Shown: positions 26,901 to 41,040 of the stretch, one piece after another
Layout of the letters: every line of letters starts with the position of its first letter
How positions within the stretch are numbered: position 1 is the first letter of the stretch
NCBI GenBank assembly: GCA_010909165.1
Contig: MU008152.1
Coordinates: forward strand, 310,001-374,000
DNA: 64,000 nucleotides
Source of the DNA: Anthoceros angustus
Lineage: Eukaryota; Plantae; Anthocerotophyta
Reading direction: 5' to 3'
The notes under the pieces: generated by a model
The model's database searches: none
What the model saw: only the letters and a program-made list of their open reading frames with translations
What the model was told of the DNA's origin: nothing
Position numbers and translations under genes: made by a program

Positions 26901-29150
26901 TACTCGGCTACAACCACACCTAAGGGAGTCGGATCGATAAGACAACATTCACCACGGAGTGGGGACGCTTGCCTACAAACAAGCGCCGGGATGACAGAGC
27001 ACCGGATCATTTATGCGGATGGTGACCAATGTCTTGGATTCTGAGGGACTTCATGGAGGTGTTCTTGGGCGACCATGTGCGGAGAGGAGGACAAACACGT
27101 TGGACATCTGCGGAAGTGTTTGGAACGATGTAGGAGACTCAAGCGTGCATCCGGAGAAATGCTACTTGCATGACGGAGGGAATCTTGTTGGGACAGTGTC
27201 GGCAAGAGGGATAGAGGTGGACCAAGACAAGGTGAAAGTCATCCTCGCACACCAACGAACTTGAAGGAGTTACGGGATTCCCGGGCATGGTGGTTACTAT
27301 AGGCGCTTTCATCCAAGATTTTGCAAAGCGGGCCTGTGCTAAGAGCTACTCAGAAGGAGGAGGAATGGACCGGACGCCGTAAAGGGAGGCGGCATTCAGA
27401 GACCTGCACCACTGACTGCCCCAGACAAAGGACCTGACCGGGAAGCGGTTCCATGTGTATGTGGATGTGTCAGCCTTCGCCATCGGAGTAGTGCTCAGTC
27501 AAAAAGATGATAAACGGAGGGATCACCCAATCTACTACGCTGGAAGACAGCTCACGCACGCGGAACGGAGGTACACTACTACGGAGCGAGAGGCATTAGG
27601 AATGGTATACGCGTTAAGAAATTCAGACACTACCTTCTGCCCAATGAGTTTGTGTTCTATGTTGATCACTTCGCGCTCAAGCACTTGGTGAACAAGGCAG
27701 ACTTGTCCGGACGAATTGCGAGGTGGATTCTATTGCTACAGGAGTTCACATTTGAGGTGGAGACTAGGCAAGGGCGGCAACACCAAAACGCTGACTTCTT
27801 GTCCAGATTAAAGACGAGCCTCCGCAGATCAAGAGGACGCCTTCCGGATGAGGAATTGGTGGCGGATAGAGGAGGAGGTAGAGGAGCACAGACAAACCCT
27901 AAGCGGGAATGGACCCACGGCGGAGAAGGGAGGCGGGCGGCCCTCTTAGGAGTTGAACGGTACCTATGGGAGATGGAGCTACCAAACGAACTGAACCGGG
28001 TCCAGCGGCAGGCCTTTGTGCACTACGCTCGCCCTTTTCGGTTGTATAACGGTTGCATCTTTAAGGTGGGGCCGGACGGCGTGGAACGAAGGTACCTCCA
28101 ACAGGCGGAGACGGAGGTGGTAATAAAGGGATGCACGAAGGACTAGGTGGTGGACATTATGCAGCGCAGGTCACCACCAAGAAAATCTTGAGGTCGGGTA
28201 ATCGTGGCCCACCATGTATGGGGAAACACACCAATTGTGAAGAAGTGTGATGCTTGTCCCGATCGAAGCCGACCACAACAAACAATGGCCGTTAGTGCCC
28301 ATACTAGCACTAGCGCCTTTTGAGAAGTGGGCATCGACTGCTGGACCCATACGCCCAACCAGAGGCACACACAAAAGCGGTACATTTTGGTGGCAACGGA
28401 CTACTGCACCAGGTGGGTGGAAGCGGTCGCTACTAGAACGGACTCTGCGAGCACGGTGGCCAAATTCCTCTACGAAAACATCATCACAAGGTACGGGTGT
28501 CCGCTGGTACCGTGATAGGGGAACCCATTTCCTCAATGATGTGATAACTGCAATGACGGACTATTTCGGCATCACACATCGTAAAACGGCCCCCTACAAT
28601 CCGAAGGCCAACGGACTGACGGAGAAGACCAATGGACTTATCTCGCCGATCCTCAATAAGCTTACTTAACTATGCGCACGATCTGGGATACAAAGCTACC
28701 ATCAGCGCTATGGGCGTTCAGAACGGCAGAGAAGGTAACGACGCAGCGAACTCCGTATTACCTGGCCTATGGGCACTCACCCGTTATGCCGGTAGAGTTT
28801 GAGGTGCCAACACCGGTCATGATGGAAAGGCGCTTAACGGATGAAGAGAGCCAACCGGAGCGTTGCTAGGGTTTTGTTCAAGATACGGAGGTCGGGAAGA
28901 GGCGCAATAATGCAATCGGTATGTAATCAACGCAAACTGGCATGAGCGCTTTAGAATCGGAGTATGTGAAGGAGGGAGATCCGCCTTTACGATACATATG
29001 CACTTCCTGTAAACTCCACCTACGATGGATGGACCTTACCAAGTGCATGTATACGCCAATGGGTCCGCTCACCGCGCTTGGATGGTGAATTGCTGCCCAC
29101 TCGGGTGAACGGGTGGCGGGTGAAAAAGTACATTTAGTGTTGGCGAGACG
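20957..29150 (+). pseudogene. Gypsy gag-pol, frameshifted, with two internal tandem duplications
   Basis: Gag from MATTPTKQ (20957). Zinc knuckle CWNCGNPGHYSNAC near 22930. Protease LDTGSS near 23755. RT motifs KDHFP and SFLDGYSGYNQ (24560-25260, repeated 26590-27330). RNase H YVDVSAFAIGVVLSQ...TEREALGMVYA (27450-27760). Integrase YILVATDYCTRWVEA and YNPKANGLTE (28100-28900). No chromodomain seen. Confidence 0.92.
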
Positions 29151-29166
29151 CCATGAGAAGGGAGTA

Positions 29167-30388
29167 TGTGACTACGGACTTCCCTTGGGGTTAGAAATAA
29201 GTAGGGTTTTGTTTTTGTAGGAGGCGGAGGATAAAATGAGGCGAAAAGGAGGAATAAGCACGGATAGCACTGGACGGCACTGAGGAATACTCCGGACCTA
29301 CCATGGTGCACCCACGCCGGGTAACGGGATAAGTCCGGACCCACCTGTGACCAGATAAGTACGCCGTGGAAAGTAACTTAGAAGTTGAGTGGAGGAGACG
29401 GCGACGCCACGTGACGCCGAGTGGAGGTCGGCATGCACCGGCCAGACCGTACCGCCAGGCCGCGGCAGGTTCACGCGCGGCGCGCGCGCGTAAGGCCGCA
29501 GTAAGCGGAGGCGTAAGGTCGAAGCCATGCACTCGCTACATGACAGGAAGAGGCGCCCGCCGTTACTCCCGGCGTCGGGAAGGTCATTTCATGCAATACC
29601 CTCGAGCCTTGCGCCCGCAACCGCCTCGGGCGCTATCTCTTTGGCGCCAAGCACCTTCGAGTGGTTCACCGCTGCTGGAGAGCGCCGGGAGGGGCGATCG
29701 CCCGAACTCCCCAGCCTGGCCGACAAGGGGAGAAGGCGATGGCACCCAAAAGCCCGCGGAAGTTTGGGAGCCATGGAACCTTGTGGAGCGCAACATTGTG
29801 ACCCGCGCTATCCGGACTTTGGGCCTGGCCGAGGAAGGAGAATTAGTGAGTGGCACTGGATGTGTTCCAGATGGACGCATTTGACACACCGTCCGGAGTT
29901 CGCCGGAAGATGTTGGCGGCGGTCAACAAGGAGGTGCGGTCCAAGAACCTCCGGAGGACCCAAGGCGATGGACCTTGAGGTCCCGAGGCGCCTACAACCG
30001 CCCAAAGGAGGAAGAGGGGTGGTGCCGAGCCCCTCAAGGCGAAGGGAAGATAGGGCCAGCCGGCGCCGAGGCTCGAACGCAGGACCACCAACGGTGGTTG
30101 ATATCCGACCGGACAGCCGTAAGGGCGTAGCCCGGATCATTGTCCATTGAACGCCACCAAGGTGGATCACCTTGGTGATAACTGCTGGTATTCCCCGCAT
30201 GCGCCGCAGCGGGAAGAGGGCGGACTGGGAAGGATTATCGCCTCGGTCAGGAGGCTCGCAAGCTCGAGCGAAGCCCTCGCCATCTGGCCGCCCCATACCG
30301 ATCCATGTATGGGGACATTTCGAGCTCTGAGGGAGAGCTTGAGCGAGCGCCCGAAAGGACCGAGGCCCCGCCGAAGTGGAGCGGGCAA
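29167..30388 (+). repeat. Gypsy 3' LTR, first part
   Basis: Starts TGTGACTACGGACTTCCC directly after the PPT and matches about 16132-17430. It is broken by the inner Copia. Confidence 0.9.
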
Positions 30389-30580
30389 AGTTAGAAGTAC
30401 GCATCAGCGTTGGTTAAGGTTAGCATAGCTAAACCAAATAAGTGGTCATACCTTTGGTATCTAGTAATCAAGAGGTACAACTCTTCGCACTGTGCTATAA
30501 AAGCCCACCTCTTGTAATCAATTGTATCAATTAGTAAAGCACTATCTTTGATCAAACGCTTCCGCAAAGCACCTCAAACT
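30389..30580 (+). repeat. Inner Copia 5' LTR, 192 bp
   Basis: AGTTAGAAGTAC...CACCTCAAACT, with a TATA-like CTATAAAAG. Matches 48692-48876. Confidence 0.92.
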
Positions 30581-30904
30581 TGGTATCAGAGCGTAGTTTG
30601 ATTACTAAGTCCACCATGCATTATGATGTGAATCTAGATGTTCTTCTAACATGCAACGTTTTTCCAATGCTTTTGGTATTTGTAATTTCAAGCTATTTTA
30701 TACTTATTCATAGTTTCTTTCACGTTCAACCAAACATATTTTACTAATAAAATAGTTTGGCTTCTTCTATGATTAACCTTTATATTCATTAAAGTTTCAT
30801 GACTCATTGCCACTCTCTCATTCTTCATCTTATTCTTTCTAGCATTCTACTCACTCTTCCTTGTACAAGACATTGTTCCTTATTGTTTTACATAAAGTTA
30901 CAAC

Positions 30905-31720
30905 ATGGCAAGAAGAAACAATCACAAGAGTATTCATGCTAAGAGAACTAGAGAATTAGAGAGGAAAGTAGAAGAATTGTGCACTCGTCGATCCTACAAA
31001 CATAGTCGATTTAATTCTTCTCTTTTCAATAACCTAGGGAGCAAGATAGCCTACATGCTATCCTCGCTTCTTCCTAGAAACAATTTGGTGTCATCATCGA
31101 CAGGAGCTTTTAGCAATCAAAATCAGCAAGGCCTTGGTCCACAAGTGATGATCCCGATCCGCTTGATCTTTGTGGAGATATCTCGAGTGATGAGAATCAG
31201 AAGTCCTCCTCCTATCATTCACACAACAAGGAGACCAACTCACCATTTTATTCTCCTACCACACCAGTACAGAGTAATTCTTCGTCACATCATTCTAATT
31301 GATCAGGTCAGCATCATTCCACGGTTTCTGCTAAGAAACTCTATTATGCTGATGGACGGACGGCAACACCCTCAGCAAACACTCAACAAGTTACTCACAA
31401 AGTACTTCATAATGCAAATTCAACTAATCCGATTGTACATGTGGTTCTCGTGTATGCAGTAGCAATGTTTTCAAACAAGCTCCAACTTGCGACTCACTCG
31501 GCCATCACCTACAGCCGCAAATCATGAAACAACCTATCAACAAGTTCAGTGAGATTTACCAGATTTTCTTTCTCGATTCAAGAAATCGGCATGATTTATC
31601 TCGGAGATCTCACCACCACCTAGTGCAAATGCCCCATATCTCGCCATCGTCCCTTCAGATCACGATGTGGGGGTCCAACCAGAAATTCAAAAGAAATCAT
31701 TTGCAGATCCTAACGACCAT
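30905..31720 (+). other. Putative extra ORF upstream of Copia gag, frameshifted and partly duplicated at about 32360-32976
   Basis: ATG in good context (ACAACATGGC) starts MARRNNHKSIHAKRTRELERKVEELC. Ser/His/Asn/Gln-rich reading continues across frameshifts (STSDDPDPLDLCGDISSDENQKSS; HETTYQQVQAEISAAADFLSRFRR). No recognised domain. Confidence 0.4.
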
Positions 31721-33943
31721 TCTTACGCAAATCTCCGACTTGAATCTCCTCAATTCTGCAATCTTACTATATGGTGCTCATCACCGCGATCGATCCCATC
31801 CAGACCGGTTCCAATCAAGTATCGACGAAGATCGTGGCGGTGCTCTTCATTTCGAGGCCAATTCGATCGCCATTTAACGCGCTTGAATCTTTGGTCGAGG
31901 CGCCTCCTCGGCGCCCCTGCAGGCGCAGAAATGGAGAAGAGGGCCCCGATCGATGGAGATTCATCGGGGCCCCGGGCGGTTGCGCGCGTCCCAGGCCGCG
32001 CTCAACCGCACCCGTTCGCGGCGGTGCCTAAAATCTCGGCACCCGCTGAATGGTGCCCTAAAATTATTTTGGCACCCGTCAGAAACGTGCCGTTTGAACG
32101 GCGCGTTTGAGCAACGGAAACGTTCAAACGCCTTCAAGAACAGGATTGGCTCTTGGGGCTGTTGGTGGGGCCCACCTGGCGTCTTCTTGGATCTCCTAGC
32201 ATACTGCTCAGCCGCGCAACTATTCGGAGCTCGCCCCTTATAAGCTTTATCTGAGTTTTCGGCTTCAAAAGAATCAAACAAGAGCCCTTGTCGCGCCTTC
32301 CATCGGCGACATTGCTTCGATTATTTTATGAGCAAGGTGCTACGCTCAAGAGCTATTCCATTTGGAGTGTCATCATCGAACACAGGAGCTTTTAGCAATC
32401 AAACAAGGCCTTGGTCCACAAGTGATGATCACGATGCTTCGATCTTGTGGAGATATCTCGAGTGATGAGAATCAAGTCCTCCTCCTATCATTCACACAAC
32501 AAGGAGACCAACTCACCATTTTATTCTCCTACCACACCAAGATCTGAGTAATTCTTCGTCACATCATTCTAATCGATCAGTCAAGATCATTCCACGGTTT
32601 CGCTAAGAAACTCTATTATCTTGATGGAGATGACAACACCCTCGGAACACTCAACAAGTTACTCACAAAGTACTTCATAATGCAAATTCAACTAATCACG
32701 ATTGTACATGTGGTTACGGCGTATGGGCAGCAATGTTTTCAAAACAAGCTCCAACTTGCCGACTCACTCGGCCATCACCTACAGCCTGCAAATCATGAAA
32801 CAACCTATCAACAAGTTCAAGCTGAGATTTCTGCTGCTGCAGATTTTCTTTCTCGATTCCGAAGAAATCAGCATGATTTATCTCAGGAGATCTCACCAGC
32901 TACAGCGCCTAGTGCAAATGCCCCCATATCTGCCATCGTCCCTTCAGATCAGCTGATGTTGGGGTCCAACCACTGAAATTCAAAAGAAATCATTTGCAGA
33001 TCCTAACAGCCATTCTTATGCAAATCTCCGACTTGAATCTCCTCAATTCTGCTGCAACTGTGCTCCATATGGTGCTCCCCACACCGGCGACCAGATCCCA
33101 TCCAGCACGGCGGTTCCAATCCAAGTATCGACGAAGATCGTGGCAGGTGCTCTTCCTATTTTCCAGGCCAATTCGATTCATCTGCAACGTGATCTTTGGT
33201 CGAGGCGCCCTCCGCGCCCCCATCCGGCGCTTAGAAATGGAGAAGAGGGCCCCGATCGATGGAGATTCATCGACCGGGCGGTTCGTGGCGTCCCAGCGGG
33301 CGCTCAAACTCGCACCGTTCGGCGGTGCCTAAAATCCTTTTCGCACCGTTCGCGAATGGTGCCCTAAAATTATTTTGGCACCCGTTGCGAACGGTGCCGT
33401 TTGAACGGCGCGTTTGAGCGAAAGCGTTTACGTTTCGCCTTCAAGAACAGGATTGGCTCTTGGGGCTGTTGGTGGGGCCCACCTGGCGTCTTCTTGGATC
33501 TCCTAGCATACTGTTCAGCCCTCGCCGAACTCGTCGCCCCTTATAAGCGCCTCTATCGGTTGAGTTTTCGCTCTTCGGCTTGACAATCAAACAAGAGCCC
33601 TTGTCGCGCCTTCCATCGGCGACATTGCTTCGGCATTATTTTATGAGCAAGGTGCTACGCTCAAGAGCTATTCCATTTGGAGTGTCATCACCTTTGGGAT
33701 CATCTTCACCGAGTTTGCGGTCACGCGCCCAAGACAACTGTCTATGCTCCTAGTGACCGCGGCATCGTTCACTGGGCTGTTTGATTTTTCATAACCATCA
33801 TTGGCCTTGGATCTTTAGCAAAGTAACATTTAATTTGCTCATAGTCAAGCGTTGCTATATATATTTGAAGACTTCTTAGCTTCTTGTCATAACTTGGAGT
33901 TGGCAGTTCTTCTATATATCTATATCTATCTACTTCTATCACG

Positions 33944-35491
33944 ATGGCCACCTCTCCAAATGTGCCACCCATTCCCATCATCAATTATATGAATGTGACA
34001 TCTGATTTTAAGGAGAAGGACCGTTTCGACGGCACTAAGTTCGAAATATGGTCCAAGCGTATGCGTTCTGTCTTAAATACCAGAGATCTAATTGGCATAG
34101 TTGATGGAACTGTCCTCAAGCCCATCGGGCCCTCGCCGGCTCTCGACTCTTGGATCAAACAAGACAGGCTTGCACTTCACATTCTTATTTCAGGCCTTGA
34201 CGAAGTCACACTACATCATACTGATGGGGCTACTACTGCTGCAGAGGCATGGCGGCAGCTAGTAGATATTTTTCAATCTACCAATGTTATGACATTAGTC
34301 ACAGTGCGTAACGAATTTTATTCCTTACGCATGCATAATAATGAGAGCATTGGTACTTATGTTGGGAAGTTTCGTTATCTTCGGGCCCAGCTTGCTGCTT
34401 TAGGCACTCCCTTATCAGAATTTGAAGCTTGTGTCCAACTGCTGGCCTCCCTTCCCGCCAGCTTTCAAGCATTTGTGTCCTCTCAGAATGGCACCGTCGA
34501 GGCTCATCAGCGGTAAAGGCAAGACACCCAACATTTCCATCTCCGAAATTGCCGGCTCTCCTTCAAGAGGAGGCTTCCATTCAACGCCGACTTCAAGCAT
34601 GGTGGTGAGCGAGTTATGTTCGTTAGCAAAGGTCAGCGTCACTGCCCACGGCGTCGTCCTCCTCCTGAGGCGGCCTTCAACTGCGCCTTCTCCGGCTCCT
34701 TCGCGGACCTTCCTTCTCCAAGCTCGGTGGTTCCGGCCGCAAGCCCGGTATTTGCAATCGTGCGATTCAGTGCCACGAGCCCGGGACCGCAAGAAGAAAG
34801 CCGGTGAGCCTCGACGCCTTCCAAATGCCAATATGGCCTCGACCTCCAAGCGAAAGCCGACATTGCCCTCACAACGCTTGGTAGCTTTTGAATACAAGAC
34901 CTCTTGGCTATTGGACTACCGCCTCGCATATTTGCTGCCATCACCATATGTTTTCGATTATCTCCCGAAGATCAACGTTTTGTTCTTCTCGGCGATGACT
35001 CGACTTACTATTGCACGAATCGGCTATTTTACTCTTGAAGATGGTTACATCCTTCTTTTAAGTGATGTGCTTGCATGTTCCGCAAATGGCAAGAATCTTA
35101 TCTCCGTCCGACACTTGGTGAAGGACGGTACTTTCGAGCTAGAGTTCGCAGGCGATTGCCTCCTCACAAGATCTGTTGCTCTGGTGGCGTGGTTGCTCGA
35201 GGTCGCTGGCATGACCTCTATGTCTTCTCCGCTGCATCAGTATGCCCGACCCCGCCTGACTCCCGCTGGCCATCCGGCGAGAGGGAGTTCTCGCAAAGGT
35301 GACTCCCTATTATGGCATTCTCGGCTTGGACATATTAATCATGATAAGCTTTTAGAGATGTCTAGGATTTATTTAGGATAAGCTACCACACTTTTCACAG
35401 ACTCCTCCGTTATGTGAACCTTGTATATATGCTAAACAACGTAGCTTGCCCTATCCTTCTCAATTCGCCTTGTCACTCAAATTCTTTTAAA
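33944..35491 (+). pseudogene. Inner Copia gag, protease and GAG-pre-integrase (5' part)
   Basis: Gag (FDGTKFEIWSKRMRSVL...AEAWRQLVDIF), degenerate protease WLLD near 34905, LWHSRLGH near 35310 and CEPC near 35415. Confidence 0.92.
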
Positions 35492-35520
35492 CATGCTAAT
35501 ATTTGAAGGGGCTGAATATA

Positions 35521-36160
35521 CATCATCTTGACTTTATAGGCCAATATACCGAACAGGTCTCGCGATGGGTAGCAAATTGGTTCTATGCGACATAGTTAGC
35601 GGAAAACACCAAAAATTATGGTGTTCAACATGTGGATCATAGGATCCATGGATGACGATTGGAACAAGAATGGTGTGCACGCGACACAATACATGATTCC
35701 AAGGGAATGGAGACCCATGTGTAACAAAGTGCATAGATGCGTAACGAGCAACTGCATACCTGTAGTAATTGAGGCTTATTTATGTATGTCCTCACGACCG
35801 CCAACCCAAAAATTTAATACATGGACTTTTGGAAAGGGAATACATCATCTTGACTTTATATAGGCCAATATACCTGAACAGGTTCGTGATGGGTAGCAAA
35901 TTGGTTCTATGCGACATAGTTAGCGGAAAACACCAAAAATTATGGTGTTCAACATGTGGATCATAGGATCCATGGATGACGATTGGAACAAGAATGGTGT
36001 GCACGCGACACAATACATGATTCCAAGGGAATGGAGACCCATGTGTAACAAAGTGCATAGATGCGTAACGATGAATCTGCGCCGTAGTATTGGCTTATTT
36101 ATGTATGTCCTCACGACCGCCAACCCAAACTACTATAATGCATGGACTTTTGGAAAAGGA
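35521..36160. repeat. Tandem duplication of about 325 bp next to the left TIR
   Basis: CATCATCTTGACTTTATAGGCCAATATACC...CATGGACTTTTGGAAAGG occurs twice, from about 35521 and about 35842. Confidence 0.85.
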
Positions 36161-36699
36161 AAACATCGAACACCTCGCAATATGGAGGACACCGTGCGGT
36201 CCGATGAGAGATGCCGGGCGCCATTTTAATGTCGGGCGCCTAACGCCATGGTCACTTGCTCATTCGAATGTGCAAGGAGAGTCGGGGTTAGGCGCAGATG
36301 TCACAGATAGCCCGTGACCCCGCCTCTTGCAAGGTCATGAATGAGATGGTGCCGCCTGTCAAAACCGATGCCATAGTGAACTGAATTCTCGCTTGGTCCA
36401 CATGAGCGGAGGAACTTAGTTTTATCCCCGTGTCCTGTTCTTTGAGCAACACGCCTCAAACTATGGTTGGGGAAACAAAGTGTGATGAACCCTAGGGATT
36501 TGGGATCTCTAATTCATCGCGAGAATGTTCAATGAAGAAATCGATCCGTTTCATGTAAGGGGCCGATGCCCGTAGTAGTAACATTTTCTTTGGGATACGG
36601 AGATAATAAAGTTCACTCATAACTCGATTACGCTCGTCTTCCCATTGGCCATGACAACACCATCCAATTATCTCACTTATCTTGTACCAACCATCGAAT

Positions 36700-39600
36700 C
36701 ACATCCTCACTCTTCGCCTCGACTCTAAACCTTCTTCCTCGAGATACTTCATCACCATCATCCTCGCTATCGACATGTGCATCTATGGAGGAGGGCACGA
36801 TATGAGGTCAAGAGCATTCAATTTCTCTGATTGCTTTGTCTGCAGAGATGTTCGGATGTCACTTGAACCCATAATATACAATAATGGTTTTACTGGACGA
36901 AGAGCTCGGATGTTCGGAGGCTGAAACCTTTTCCGCCTTGCCTTCAAAGGTGCTGCAATGTCGCTATCGACCGAGAAAGTATTCCCTACATACTTCCTTC
37001 AAAGGCATCTGTGTTCGGTCCGCCACCGAACAAAGGAAATATCGTGACGAGGTGGACACCAACAACCTTGGCCACCCAACGCCCTATTGTGAGTATCGCC
37101 TCACAAGGCGTTACAATGAACATACCTTTTCTAATCTCCATGATGTCACCATTCATCCTCTCCACTTCCTCATCACGCTGCTCAATGTTCGATATGCTCC
37201 TGTGTACATGTCCCGTTGTGGTACATCCCGCAATAATGCTTCATCGTGAGAGCCTCATCCGGAACCGCAAGGGAGGCACATTTGCTTCGCCACGCCCTAT
37301 CATACCACTTCCACGGGTTTTCAAAACAAGTCCGATGTTATGGTCCACAATCGCTATGATCTCCTCTTGATCCTTCCAAATCATCCCACCACTCCCCTCA
37401 ACAAAGATTACATAAGTTGGTAACTTCAGCATCCCTTTCTTCAAGTGATCTACGCCATCACGTGCACTCAAGCCTCCTCCACTCCCTTTCTTGTCTTTTG
37501 CCGCAATGCCATTAGGGAGTTAAATGATGGTGGCACAAACGACAAGAACCTGTGCCATCTTCGCTTCCCACAATGGAGAAGTCGATATTGTCAATGACCG
37601 CTACCTTTCCCGTCCCACTTTGTCTTCTTGGGTAATTTTGAACTGGTGTTGGAACGAAGGTTGTTTAACTTCGACGCAGCTTTGTACTTCCGACCTCCTT
37701 CTCGATCGCATCGGCCACACAAATGAACGGAAATCAGAACTTCCGTCACCACCTTCACTGGGTTCGGTGTATCGCTCTCAAAATGTCCCGCATAGTTGGT
37801 AGGGTTCTAGCCTCTTTGTGTTTCGATGTTTCGAGAAACAAGAAAACATTTGGTCGACTTGATCGTGTGTATGCCCAACAAGAAGAAAACCAACCTTCAC
37901 CTTCTCAAACGTTCCTAGGTCGACGAGCATGTTGAGGTAAGCAAAGTTGTCCAGCTGCAAATATAAAACATGTGTTGTCCAGCTGCAAATATAAAACTTT
38001 AGGAAGCAACCCTTCATAAGTGAGGATCACATCCTGTATAATAGAAATCGTCAAATTTGCATCATTCCTCAAATTCGCATAGTGGAGATACGCCCTCGCC
38101 TTGAATGTGTAATTATGAATCATGCAACCCACTACATGCACTGTAATCTTGCTGTCCTCTTTTAAGTCCTTCGGCCACCTTAAAATATGGGGGAGTGACG
38201 TTTTTTTCTGATCCATCCCATCGATACATAATAACATATATTTGTGTGGCTCCTTGTACCCTTTTATGCGATGCTTGTGAAGCTTTTTCCGTTCATCCAT
38301 CGACGGATACGATGCTTATCCGATCCCGATATCCGACAAATGAAAGTACAATGTTAGGGCTAGGGACAGAACTGGAACTCAAGAGGCGGACGCAATCAAG
38401 GCATGATCAAAACAACGTGAAAGGTCCGCAAACATGCCATTGCATGCATGCCAAAATTCCCAGTGACGCATAATCATGCATGCTTCCAATCTGACCATGT
38501 CGACAGACACTAGTTTCAGGCAACTGGCATGCCGGCACCATTGGAGCCTAAGCTCTGTCGGCCCGGCAATAACAGTATAGGGGCACTGGCAGGCTGGCGC
38601 GTCTTGTACCATGGCACAGCATGCCCGCACCATGGGTGCCTAGGCGCTCGCACGCCGGCACCATGGGTGCGCATGCCGCCACATGTCCATGGGCGCCGGC
38701 ATGGGCGCCGCATGACGGCCGACAAGGCCTTCACCCGCCATGGCATCACAAGTACATGGGTGCGCATGCCGCCACACATGTCCATGGGCGCCGCATTCCG
38801 CAACATGAGAAAGTGCGCGCATGTCGAACGGCAGATCGCGCTAGCATGCCGGAACAACCGACACCGCCGGCCATGCCGTAATCTCTAGTACATGGTCGGC
38901 GGCATAACAGAACACGCGTGGGGCCACACAAAGATAACATGATCACAGTGTGTGGGCGCAGCTTGCATTCCACAAATTCATGTGCCAATTGCCGGTAACC
39001 CAATGGTTCATCTGCGCCGCATTCGGGCACCCCACTAGTCATCGAGCGGCATGTTGGCAACAACTGGCGCCGCATGGGCGCCAGCGCTCCGCGGTGGCAT
39101 GCATGCAACATAGTGTTGCGGAATCACCATACAGGAATAGGTAGGAACCAAAGATGCCGCGCACACATTGGGAAGGTGAGCACTCGGCCGTGCGGTGAGC
39201 ACAACTTTGCCACACTTACAGATTAATGTCCAAACGGCATTGGGCTTGGAAAGTCGACTTGGTGCGGCGTCTGCTTCTTATGTTGAACTTCAATCCTGCG
39301 CATAATGAACATGTCGAAAACCTATTGGACTTGGGTATCTTCACCGCTTTGAAGTTCTGCTCCCAAAGCCGCAGGAAGTAGGCATATGAAATAAAGCGCA
39401 ATCCTTTGTGCTCCATTTCCCTTTGTATTGTGTCCGGACCTCTAGCTTAGTGAATGTCGGCAAGTTATACACCTCCACGTTTGGCAAACGCCCGCCAAGT
39501 GGATAAATGTAGAGTCCATCCACGCAATCGCACCCAAAGCATGGGAGGATTGCACCCGAGGACTTGGCTTATTCTCATCCCATGGAGCATTACACAATAC

Positions 39601-40600
39601 CCTCCTCTTCAACTCTTCATATCTTGTTGAGCCGATGCAAGACACCAACCGGAAGGCTTTCAGCAGATCTCATTGAGCAGCACCCATGAGATGGGTTATA
39701 ACTCGTTGTCTTGAGCCTCGCAACTGGTCGACAAGGGATCAAGAAATGTTTCTGTGCCCGCTCAACCTCGGAACTCGTCCGCGCTCGAAGCCTTCTTTGG
39801 TCAACATTTGGATGCACAATTTGTTGCAACATGGTTTCCGAAAATCTTGCAACACACAGTCCCCCTCTGTCTTACGCAAAGAAACGCCAGCAGCCCGGCG
39901 CTCAACCCGATATCTGTTCGCTTCGCCGCAACGCCTACATAGGTTTCGGATGATAGGAAGGTGGACTTCGTCTTGCCGGTGGTGTCTGGAAAACATTCTC
40001 TTCATCCACATTTGGGTGTCCAGCTTCTCCACCACTAGCATTTCCATTAAACAGACCTCGGACCGCCTGCACAACCCGTTCGCCACTGTCCCGACGTACC
40101 CTCCCTCCCACAGGACTTCTATCCATTGCAGTGTAGAGATTCATATTTCTTGGAGTGGGAGGAAGAAAGCGAGGCACACGAGACTGCTGATGAGTCCTCC
40201 TCCACCCTGGACCTGCACTCAAGAAGTGAACATTTGTCAGGCAATGCGGAAGTGCGCCCACACAGAGAACTCCACTTCACGCTTTATAACATGTCACCAA
40301 TGCTCGATTGTAATTGCTTACTTTTGAGAAGGTTGAGGCATGCATGCATAACGGCCGAGTCATATCTGGCGCAAAATTGCTTGACGCTTGGTTCTTCTTT
40401 CCGAATCGATCTCTCGGAGATATTGGGAGGCATCTTCGCCTCAAAATGAACATCGCCATCACGGTCCTCCAATCGGCAACCACGTGACCACATTGCCGTA
40501 AAGTTTCACTACAAAGGGTAATAGAAGTGAGGGGCACGGTGGTATCACCTCGGTCATGAAGAATGTGCGTAGCTTGCGGCATGATGGAGGTCTAGAACCT
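36700..40600 (-). pseudogene. DDD/E transposase, Sola-like/DUF7869-type, intron-containing, frameshifted
   Basis: Motifs in order on the minus strand: KPCCNKLC, FLRLWEQNFKAVKIPKSNRFSTCSLC, CIDGMDQKKTSLP (38228), LYLQLDN and FLLVGHTHDQVDQMFS (about 37885-37840). A GTAAGT donor at 39219 starts a probable ~880-bp intron. Subgroup and exact ends are uncertain. Confidence 0.75.
38400..39110. repeat. GC-rich CATG/GGCGCC motif array in the probable transposase intron
   Basis: Repeated CATGGGCGCCGCATG-type units, with about 30 CATG sites in ~700 bp by manual count. Confidence 0.8.
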
Positions 40601-41040
40601 TGACGACCTCGCCGGTGACACCAATAGTCGCCAACCTCGCAAACTATAGCCACGCTTTGCTCGTGTTGTACCTCTCACATTCCGCAGTATGGAACATTGA
40701 ATGGGTGGAAAACGGGTTTCACGTTCTTGAAAGCCAAAGCAACAACAGGCCAATCCTTCTCGCAAGAAGTAAAGTGGACGCAAAATATTTTCCAAGGCAT
40801 GCATCATTACAGATCTAGCGGATCGAAAACGGCGGCTCCAATTTATGGTTTTAACCACGGTAAAGCGTTTCCATCTTCGCCGCAACTAATTTAGGGTTTC
40901 CTCCCACAACACATGTCGGCACCGTATTATAAGCACGGGTGTCTATTGTCGACCTACCAAGTGAGCGTAACGACGCCATCTTCTTCACTGCTCACCGGTT
41001 CGGAAGGCAACAAGTGCTTGTGAGGCCGAGAGAACTCTGC

